Shown piece after piece: positions 46,408 through 53,538 of a DNA stretch of 53,538 nt (position 1 is the first letter of the stretch; each line of letters starts with the position of its first letter). Source of the stretch: an uncultured Bacteroidales bacterium (GTDB taxonomy: Bacteria > Bacteroidota > Bacteroidia > Bacteroidales > P3); the NCBI GenBank assembly GCA_946613135.1, contig CAMOFI010000001.1:1-53538 (forward strand). The letters run 5' to 3'. A model generated the notes under the pieces. It was not told the DNA's origin and made no database searches. It was given only the letters and a program-made list of their open reading frames with translations. A program made the translations under genes and the position numbers.

Positions 46408-47391
46408 TCACTTCTCGACCTGGTATGTTGGAACCTGTTTTGGCAAAGGTTCAAATTCTTTGTTGAGTTTCTGGTCTGATAGCCTACCCTGGGCATTGTC
46501 CTTCAACTCCCATCTGCCATTAACGAAGACATAGGCCTGTTCGGTGCCTGTAGGAACATAATATTGAGGTAGACCCTCCATGCCGGGTAACATTGGTGCA
46601 ATCTCGTCGAAGAGAATCATTTTCATTTTCTCTTCGTGAGGGACCTGTATATTGTATGTCCGTCCGTTTTTCTTGACTTTCTTATTTTCGTAAGTGCGTA
46701 CTATCTGCTCGTCGAAACGCACGTTGACCATTGCGTCGCGCGAATATTCAAGCACCAAGCGCCGCAGATTCTTCTCGCGACGGAAAAGGGCCTGCCCAAA
46801 CTGAGGACGGGAATTGTTGCTCCGAAACAGAATCGGCTCTATGACCTTGCGCTGGGTCAGCGCGTTGACTCCTGTCCAGCCGATAAGTGTGTAATAGGTC
46901 CTGCCCTCATGTTTTGTTTCCACCAGATCCTGATAGACGCTGCCGAGCCAATTTTCTGGACCCAATGTCTCTTCGTTGACCGAAATCAACTCGTCCGACT
47001 TGTCGTTGAGCACATATACATCATATTCGTCTGTCCTATCGTTGTACGACTGCACAAAACCGAAACACTCATATTCGCCATTGTCTCGAACGACAGGCCA
47101 GGTAATGATCCTGAACTGACGGTCGCTCGATGTGAGCACAGAGACATAGTTGCCCAAATTCCATTTCCAATAGAATGATTCGTCCACATGAAGAGCTTCG
47201 TCCATCAGCTGGACAAACTGTTCGTTTGCGTTATAGCGTTCATTGTCGGTCGGTGCATCTTTGACTTTTTCTATCAAAGGCTGCATATTACGCTCGTAGG
47301 CACTCATAACATCTTTGTTTTGAGCCGAAAGAGTGTTGATGCAAATAAACCCAACCAACAAAAGGACAGCATATCGTATATTGAACTTCAT
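46408..47391 (-). CDS. secreted hypothetical protein
   Basis: 327 aa with signal peptide MKFNIRYAVLLLVGFICINTLSAQ. No family recognised. Confidence 0.65.
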   Translation of the reverse strand: MKFNIRYAVLLLVGFICINTLSAQNKDVMSAYERNMQPLIEKVKDAPTDNERYNANEQFVQLMDEALHVDESFYWKWNLGNYVSVLTSSDRQFRIITWPVVRDNGEYECFGFVQSYNDRTDEYDVYVLNDKSDELISVNEETLGPENWLGSVYQDLVETKHEGRTYYTLIGWTGVNALTQRKVIEPILFRSNNSRPQFGQALFRREKNLRRLVLEYSRDAMVNVRFDEQIVRTYENKKVKKNGRTYNIQVPHEEKMKMILFDEIAPMLPGMEGLPQYYVPTGTEQAYVFVNGRWELKDNAQGRLSDQKLNKEFEPLPKQVPTYQVEK

Positions 47392-47467
47392 ATTTAAAAA
47401 GATGACTGCATTGACAGTTGAACGTCAAGAAGTTGAATAATTGAGATTGAGAATTGATTTTTTTTTG

Positions 47468-47475
47468 TACTTTTG
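47468..47475 (+). promoter_or_regulatory. candidate -7 promoter element TACTTTTG for dapD
   Basis: Exact TAnnTTTG match 50 nt upstream of the dapD ATG. Confidence 0.35.
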
Positions 47476-47524
47476 TAATTACTCAAAAAAATGATTTTTA
47501 TTGTAAACAATTGAAAAAAAATAA

Positions 47525-48337
47525 ATGACAACACAAGGGATTATTGAGAATGCGTTCGAAAACCGTGAGTTATTGAAATCCGACGACGTTCAAGCAGCCA
47601 TAAGAGAAGTAGTTGCAAAACTTGACAGTGGCATACTGAGAGTTGCCGAGCCTGAAGGACATGGCTGGCGTGTAAACGAATGGGTCAAAAAAGCCGTATT
47701 GATGTACTTCCCGATATGCGGAATGGAAACTATAGAGGCTGGCCCCTTTGAGTACTACGACAAAATTCCTCTCAAGCGGAACTATGCCGAATTGGGAGTC
47801 CGTGTTGTGCCTCCTGCAACAGCACGCTATGGATCTTTTCTCGCAAAGGGTGTTGTAATGATGCCCTCTTATGTCAACATCGGTGCCTACGTGGATAGCG
47901 GCACCATGATAGACACGTGGGCCACAGTAGGCAGCTGCGCACAGATAGGCAAGAACGTCCACCTCAGCGGCGGCGTCGGAATCGGCGGCGTACTTGAGCC
48001 CGTGCAAGCAGCACCGGTAATCATTGAGGACCATTGCTTCATAGGATCGCGATGCATTGTGGTAGAAGGTGCCCATATCGGCGCCGAGGCCGTATTAGGC
48101 GCGAACACGGTGATAACAGGAAGCACCCACATAATTGACGTGAGCAAATCAGAGCCGGTCTACTACAACGGATACGTTCCGCCACGCAGTGTGGTGATTC
48201 CCGGCAGTTATACAAAACACTTCCCTGCTGGCGACTATTCGGTAAGTTGTGCACTTATCATCGGACAGCGCAAAGAAAGCACTGACAAAAAGACATCATT
48301 GAATGCCGCATTAAGGGAATTCGGTGTGGAGAGTTGA
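47525..48337 (+). CDS. dapD: 2,3,4,5-tetrahydropyridine-2,6-dicarboxylate N-succinyltransferase
   Basis: 270 aa. Left-handed beta-helix hexapeptide repeats. Overall DapD sequence. Confidence 0.9.
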   Translation: MTTQGIIENAFENRELLKSDDVQAAIREVVAKLDSGILRVAEPEGHGWRVNEWVKKAVLMYFPICGMETIEAGPFEYYDKIPLKRNYAELGVRVVPPATARYGSFLAKGVVMMPSYVNIGAYVDSGTMIDTWATVGSCAQIGKNVHLSGGVGIGGVLEPVQAAPVIIEDHCFIGSRCIVVEGAHIGAEAVLGANTVITGSTHIIDVSKSEPVYYNGYVPPRSVVIPGSYTKHFPAGDYSVSCALIIGQRKESTDKKTSLNAALREFGVES

Positions 48338-48375
48338 AATAACTACAACAAATAAGAATCACAAGCGAAAAAAAA

Positions 48376-48738
48376 ATGAAACACGCTATCGGATTTGTTT
48401 TGGCAGTTGTGCTATTTGCATCGTGCGAGCACCATGACGATTTTGATTTTACAGGCACCGTCGTCGACTACGAGATTTGCAATGGTATATCAGAAGTAGG
48501 CTATGCTGTTGCATTGTCGAGTCCGGACTCGATAGGAGGCAGCTATATCAATCGATACAATGAAGAATACCAGAACGTCGTTGTAATCTATGGTTCAGAC
48601 CGCATGTTGCATGGAGGCACAAAAATATCAGGAACCATATACCTTGATCCTAACTATTCAGAAGCAGAGTGCAACTATCACTACAGAGAGCGCGAAGTGC
48701 CCGAGGCGGTATTTACAAAACTGAAAAGCGAAGACTGA
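48376..48738 (+). CDS. small lipoprotein, unknown function
   Basis: 120 aa. Lipobox LFASC. Confidence 0.6.
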   Translation: MKHAIGFVLAVVLFASCEHHDDFDFTGTVVDYEICNGISEVGYAVALSSPDSIGGSYINRYNEEYQNVVVIYGSDRMLHGGTKISGTIYLDPNYSEAECNYHYREREVPEAVFTKLKSED

Positions 48739-48746
48739 GTCCTCTG

Positions 48747-49133
48747 CTACTGAAAATGCTTGACGATTAGCAATATGAATATGATTGCAGCAAGTACAAG
48801 CATAAGATAGCCTTTGTTGTAATAAGGCTGCAGGGGATTAACACGCCTCTTTTTTGCCTCGCCTTTGGCAACAACAACATATTGAATGCCTTCGAGTACA
48901 AATTCCTCTTCTATACGCAACGGGGTTGTGGCCGTTATCAGTGAGTGTTGAAGAGCATTGTTAAAATCGGAAAACGACGCAGTGCTCTCCACCGAAAGCA
49001 ACGCATAATAACGACGTCTTAGGCTTTTGCCCGCCCTGTGGCGGGCAAAAGCTTTATAGACTGTCGCAAGCTGGTCTGAATGGATCACCGACTCGATATG
49101 GTATCGGCGAATATTTCCTTTAACTGCTTTCAA
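48747..49133 (-). CDS. hypothetical C-terminally anchored membrane protein (TTG start only)
   Basis: 128-aa ORF starting 2 nt after the alaS stop. The start codon is TTG (plus-strand CAA at 49131-49133), with no in-frame ATG until aa 111. C-terminal TM LMLVLAAIIFILLIV. Confidence 0.35.
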   Translation of the reverse strand: MKAVKGNIRRYHIESVIHSDQLATVYKAFARHRAGKSLRRRYYALLSVESTASFSDFNNALQHSLITATTPLRIEEEFVLEGIQYVVVAKGEAKKRRVNPLQPYYNKGYLMLVLAAIIFILLIVKHFQ

Positions 49134-49135
49134 TT

Positions 49136-51778
49136 TTATTTATTTATCTCTTTTACAGCTATTTCTAAAGCCATATCCACTCCTTGAGGGTTCTTGCCTC
49201 CTGCTGTTGCATAGGCCGGTTGTCCGCCACCGCCACCTTGTATTTCCTTGCCGGCGAGTCGGATTATAGTCGATGCATTGAGGCCTGCATCAACACGATT
49301 CTGTCCCAGGCATATCATAAGTTGCGGTTTATCATCGACGACACTGCCTAAAACAAGAGCCATATCCGGATGATCTGTGCGCAGCTGCATCACCCCGTCC
49401 TTGAGTTGCATCAAATCGCAGTCCATGCGCTTGGCCAATAACGGGTTCTCGACGAGTTCGGCGGCAAGCGACTTGCATACCGATGCGACTTTTTCTTTCT
49501 GGAAAGCGGCAATCTGGCTTCGCAAAGACGAATTTTCTTCCTGCAGGCGTTCTATGGAAGCTGCAAGATCCTTAGGATTCTTCAGCAATGTCTTGACAGC
49601 TTCGAGCTGGTCCTGCATACTGTCAACATAACGAGCGGCTCCGCCTCCTGTAACAGCTTCGATACGACGCATACCTGCTGCAACAGCTCCTTCGCTGACA
49701 ATACGGAACGATCCGATATGGCCTGTGTTGTCAGTATGGGTACCGCCACAGAACTCTACGCTGTCGCCGAATTTAACCACACGTACCTTGTCACCATATT
49801 TCTCGCCAAACAGTGCCATGGCACCAAGTTTGCGAGCCTCCTCGATAGGCATGGCTCGGTGCTCTTCGAGTGGGATTGCATGCCAGATGTCGATATTGAC
49901 CTGCTTTTCAATCTCGCGGATTTCCTCTTTCGAGAGTTTTGCGAAATGAGAGAAATCGAAACGCAGACGCTGGTCGTCGACGAGCGAACCTTTCTGCTCC
50001 ACATGCTGTCCAAGGACATTACGCAGTGCCTTGTGCAACAAGTGGGTTGCACTATGGTTGCACTGTATGGCAAAGCGACGGCAGCGGTCGACTTCGGCCT
50101 TGAAAACGGCACTCAGATTCGACGGCAGCTTTGTGACTATATGAACAATAAGATTGTTTTCCTTTTTTGTGTCGACAATCGGGATGACTTCTTCTCCGCA
50201 TCCGATAGTTCCCACATCACCTACCTGGCCGCCACCCTCGCCATAGAATGGCGTGCGGTCGAACACGAGCTGGAAAAACTCGCGGTCTTTGGTACGCACA
50301 TGACGATAACGCACAATACGGACATCGCTGACCAGCTGGTCGTAGCCAACAAATTCTTCTTCGACATCCGGGATCAACTCAACCCAGTCGTCATTCTCTG
50401 TTTTCGCGGCAGCACGGCTACGGTCTTTCTGTTCTGCTAAACCTTTCGAGAAACCTTCCATATCCACAGTCCATTCTTTTTCGGAAGCCATGAGTTGTGT
50501 GAGGTCTATCGGGAAACCATAGGTGTCGAAAAGTTCGAAAGCGAAAGCTCCATCGATAACCTTGTCCACTTTGACTTTCTGTTCGCAAGCATCACAAGTT
50601 GTTTCGCGTTCAAGGGCCTTGGCGATATAGTTTTCAAATTTAAGTATTCCGTTCGACAGAGTCTTCAGGAACGACTGTTCCTCCTCCTGTATAATTCTGA
50701 CAACGAGTTCCTGTTGTTTCGCCAGTTCAGGGAACTGGGCTCCCATCTGGCCCACAAGTGTCGGTACCAGTGTATGGAGGAAGGGCTCTTTGAATCCTAA
50801 AAACGTATAGCCATAGCGCACGGCACGGCGCAGAATGCGGCGGATCACGTAGCCTGCCTTGGCGTTAGACGGAAGCTGGCCGTCGGCGATAGAGAAACTG
50901 ACAGCACGCAGATGGTCGGCACATACTCGCATGGCAATATCCTTCTTTTCGTCATTGCCATATACCGATCCTGACTTACGTGCCAGTTCCTGGATTAGCG
51001 GTTGGAAAACGTCAGTATCGTAATTTGACTTTTTGCCTTGCATCACCATACAAAGCCGCTCGAAACCCATACCAGTATCTATATGTTTGGCTTTCAAAGG
51101 TTCGAGTGTTCCGTTAGCAAGGCGGTTAAACTGCATGAAAACGAGGTTCCATATCTCGATAACCAGAGGGTTGTCTTTGTTGACAAGTTCGGCACCGGCA
51201 ATCTTGGCTTTGTCCGATTCGTCGCGCAGGTCTATATGTATCTCGCTGCAAGGACCACACGGGCCTTGGTCTCCCATCTCCCAGAAGTTGTCCTTTTTCG
51301 ACCCTTTGAGGATATGGTCTGCAGGAACTATATCTTTCCAGTATTCGTATGCTTCGGAGTCCATAGTGAGCCCTTCTTTTTCGTCGCCTCCAAAAACCGT
51401 GACATACAAATTACGGCTATCAATTTTCATGACATCAGTAAGGAACTCCCAGGCATAGGAAATGGCGTCCTTTTTGAAGTAGTCGCCAAAACTCCAATTG
51501 CCGAGCATCTCAAACATGGTATGGTGGTATGTATCGTGTCCCACCTCTTCGAGATCGTTGTGTTTGCCACTGACGCGCAAGCACTTTTGCGAATCGCAGA
51601 CACGTGGCCACTGAGCCACACTGTTTCCCAAGAAAATGTCTTTGAACTGGTTCATTCCTGCATTGCAGAACATGAGTGTCGGGTCGTTTTTGACAACCAT
51701 AGGAGCAGAAGGTACTACATGATGGTTTTTGCTTTCAAAAAACTGCAGAAATTTGGTTCTTATCTCGTTTGAAGTCAT
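49136..51778 (-). CDS. alaS: alanine--tRNA ligase
   Basis: 880 aa. Class II AlaRS motifs (WSFGDYFK, editing-domain HxxxH CNHSATHLLH, C-terminal DHHA1-like GGGG). Confidence 0.97.
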   Translation of the reverse strand: MTSNEIRTKFLQFFESKNHHVVPSAPMVVKNDPTLMFCNAGMNQFKDIFLGNSVAQWPRVCDSQKCLRVSGKHNDLEEVGHDTYHHTMFEMLGNWSFGDYFKKDAISYAWEFLTDVMKIDSRNLYVTVFGGDEKEGLTMDSEAYEYWKDIVPADHILKGSKKDNFWEMGDQGPCGPCSEIHIDLRDESDKAKIAGAELVNKDNPLVIEIWNLVFMQFNRLANGTLEPLKAKHIDTGMGFERLCMVMQGKKSNYDTDVFQPLIQELARKSGSVYGNDEKKDIAMRVCADHLRAVSFSIADGQLPSNAKAGYVIRRILRRAVRYGYTFLGFKEPFLHTLVPTLVGQMGAQFPELAKQQELVVRIIQEEEQSFLKTLSNGILKFENYIAKALERETTCDACEQKVKVDKVIDGAFAFELFDTYGFPIDLTQLMASEKEWTVDMEGFSKGLAEQKDRSRAAAKTENDDWVELIPDVEEEFVGYDQLVSDVRIVRYRHVRTKDREFFQLVFDRTPFYGEGGGQVGDVGTIGCGEEVIPIVDTKKENNLIVHIVTKLPSNLSAVFKAEVDRCRRFAIQCNHSATHLLHKALRNVLGQHVEQKGSLVDDQRLRFDFSHFAKLSKEEIREIEKQVNIDIWHAIPLEEHRAMPIEEARKLGAMALFGEKYGDKVRVVKFGDSVEFCGGTHTDNTGHIGSFRIVSEGAVAAGMRRIEAVTGGGAARYVDSMQDQLEAVKTLLKNPKDLAASIERLQEENSSLRSQIAAFQKEKVASVCKSLAAELVENPLLAKRMDCDLMQLKDGVMQLRTDHPDMALVLGSVVDDKPQLMICLGQNRVDAGLNASTIIRLAGKEIQGGGGGQPAYATAGGKNPQGVDMALEIAVKEINK

Positions 51779-51873
51779 TTAGTGATAATTTAAAGAAAAA
51801 CAATGATAAATGGATTATAAAAGGGAACCGGGATGAATATCAAGCAAACGATAAACGGACAATACTTTTTGCA

Positions 51874-52236
51874 TCATACAAACTCGTCGCGTTCCACAAG
51901 AAGAATTGCACTTTGTGGAACGATATAATATTTCTCGTTATCATACTTGATTTCAACGGCGCTTTTCTGTATAAAAAGTGCCAAATCGCCAGGTTGTACT
52001 TGCAACGGAAGGTATTTGGGCTCTTTATCTTTGGAATTCCATGGTTCGTCGTTATCGATATTTGGCAACGCATATCCTGGACCACATTTTAGGATGTAGC
52101 CCGACTGGATTTCTTCCTTATCCTGATAGCCAGCAGGCAGATACAGACCGCTTTTGGTACGCTGCGATGCAGTGCCTGGCTGTATCAGCACACGGTCGCC
52201 AATTACGATAAGTTTGTCAATATTAGCGTGTTTCAC
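51874..52236 (-). CDS. GroES (Cpn10)-like family protein, orphan
   Basis: 120 aa. GTG start (plus-strand CAC at 52234-52236) and no in-frame Met anywhere. GroES-like blocks LIVIGDRVLIQP, KSGLYLP, GYILKCGPG, VQPGDLALF and ILLVER. No groEL adjacent. Confidence 0.65.
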   Translation of the reverse strand: MKHANIDKLIVIGDRVLIQPGTASQRTKSGLYLPAGYQDKEEIQSGYILKCGPGYALPNIDNDEPWNSKDKEPKYLPLQVQPGDLALFIQKSAVEIKYDNEKYYIVPQSAILLVERDEFV

Positions 52237-52297
52237 GATATACTATATAACAGATTTTTAATCAATTATCTTACAAACGCACAATTCGTACAATTTG

Positions 52298-52305
52298 CAA
52301 AAATA
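52298..52305 (-). promoter_or_regulatory. candidate -7 promoter element (TATTTTTG on minus strand) for the GroES-like gene
   Basis: Plus strand reads CAAAAATA, about 62 nt upstream of the GTG start at 52236. Confidence 0.3.
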
Positions 52306-52320
52306 CACAAATATTTCGAA

Positions 52321-53412
52321 TCATTGAAGCCATGGGTGTCCGAGAACTTGCGCGACGGTCTGGTCCATGTCATAGTAGCGGTATTCGGCAAGGCGACCGC
52401 CAAACCACACCTTGTCGTTTTGGGCGGCAAGAGACCTATACGCTTCCGCCATATTGTTGTTTCGGTCGTCGTTTATTGGATAATACGGTTCGAGTCCTGG
52501 TGACCACTCTTGCGGATACTCGTAGGTGACTACGGTATCGGGTTGAGCACCGAATTCGAAATGTTTGTGTTCGATGACACGGGTGTATGGTGTTTCGGCG
52601 TCGGTGTAGTTGAAAACCGCATTTCCCTGAAAATTGGCGACTCCCTCAAGCAGCTTATGTTCAAAACGCAGCGAGCGGAAGTTGAGTCTTCCCAAGCGGA
52701 AATCGAAAAATGCGTCGATGGGACCAGTATACACTATGCGCTCTGCCATCTTCATAAGGTTTTCCCGGTCGGCAAGAAAATCGGCATTCAGCCTGACTTC
52801 CACCCCGTCGAGCAACTTTTCGAACACTCTTGTGTACCCGCCGACAGGAATGCCCTGGAACGGGTCGTTGAAATAGTTGTTGTCGAATGTGAAACGCAGC
52901 GGAACACGGCGCAACACAAAAGCAGGAATTTCATCTGCAGCCCTTCCCCACTGTTTTTCCGAATAGCCCTTGATAAGCTTTTCGAATATGTCCTTGCCGG
53001 CAAGTTTCATGCCTTGCTCGTAGAGGTTGCGTGGATTCTCTATCTCTTCACGTTGCTCGTCTATACGCCGCAATGCCTGGTCGGGTGTGTGCACATCCGG
53101 CCAAAGCCGGCAGAATGTATTCATGTTGAACGGCAGATTGTACAACTCACCCTTGTAATTTGCTATTGGGCTGTTAATGTAATGGTTGAATGTACAGAAC
53201 TGCTGCATATAGCGCCACACCCGCTCATCCTTGGTATGGAAAATATGGGCACCATAGCGATGAACATTGATGCCGGCCACAGTGTCTGTATAGCAATTGC
53301 CACCTATATGGTCACGCCGTTCGACGACAAGACATTTTTTCCCACGCAAAGTGGCTTCGTGTGCAAAAACAGAGCCATACAATCCGGCTCCAACTACAAG
53401 AAAATCATACAT
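52321..53412 (-). CDS. glf: UDP-galactopyranose mutase
   Basis: 363 aa. FAD motif DFLVVGAGLYGSV. Overall Glf sequence. Confidence 0.93.
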   Translation of the reverse strand: MYDFLVVGAGLYGSVFAHEATLRGKKCLVVERRDHIGGNCYTDTVAGINVHRYGAHIFHTKDERVWRYMQQFCTFNHYINSPIANYKGELYNLPFNMNTFCRLWPDVHTPDQALRRIDEQREEIENPRNLYEQGMKLAGKDIFEKLIKGYSEKQWGRAADEIPAFVLRRVPLRFTFDNNYFNDPFQGIPVGGYTRVFEKLLDGVEVRLNADFLADRENLMKMAERIVYTGPIDAFFDFRLGRLNFRSLRFEHKLLEGVANFQGNAVFNYTDAETPYTRVIEHKHFEFGAQPDTVVTYEYPQEWSPGLEPYYPINDDRNNNMAEAYRSLAAQNDKVWFGGRLAEYRYYDMDQTVAQVLGHPWLQ

Positions 53413-53538
53413 ATCACCTATTCTATTGATTTCTTAAAATGACAATAAAGAAAACTCTCTTTCATACACCTTTTAGACATAAAGTGACCTCTAAAATTCG
53501 AGTAATTATCTTCGTTGACATTTCTTTGGCTCTGAAAA

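Overview
This 53.5-kb window looks like a chromosomal segment of a Bacteroidales (Bacteroidota) genome. The evidence is Bacteroides-type TAnnTTTG promoter motifs, lipoprotein and signal-peptide styles, a GldF/GldG-type gene, BspA-like LRR repeats and a Na+-pumping methylmalonyl-CoA decarboxylase operon. I call 43 coding regions, 37 of them on the minus strand, often joined by ATGA-type 4-nt overlaps. I recognised no rRNA, tRNA, CRISPR array, transposase or integrase.

Most of the content is housekeeping:
- Envelope and cell wall: lpxB, surE, murB, glf, a SpoIID-like protein.
- Translation: valS, alaS, rlmI-like.
- Metabolism: folE, rpe, purA, dxs, dapD, yggS.
- DNA topology: topB.
- Succinate-to-propionate module: mce, mmdA, an OadG-like subunit, mmdC, mmdB.

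Four loci stand out:
1. A 925-aa single-ORF fusion of a QueC-like PP-loop/4-Cys domain to a second MurD-type ligase. It is translationally coupled to a long coiled-coil lipoprotein and followed by M20 and C69 peptidases. It may be a MurL/MurD2-like or amidating peptidoglycan-stem module.
2. A roughly 895-aa pyruvate-phosphate-dikinase-like protein. It keeps the ATP-grasp and phosphohistidine swivel domains, but the PEP/pyruvate TIM barrel is replaced by an unrelated C-terminal region. It also has a roughly 150-aa N-terminal extension. It sits in a small plus-strand island with an S41 peptidase lipoprotein and a putative beta-barrel protein.
3. A P-loop ATPase (AAA_28-like) fused to a CYTH domain, overlapping murB.
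4. An 18-cysteine lipoprotein inserted inside the mmd operon.

All family assignments come from motif recognition by eye. No HMM, BLAST or structure search could be run, so family names for non-housekeeping genes are provisional.
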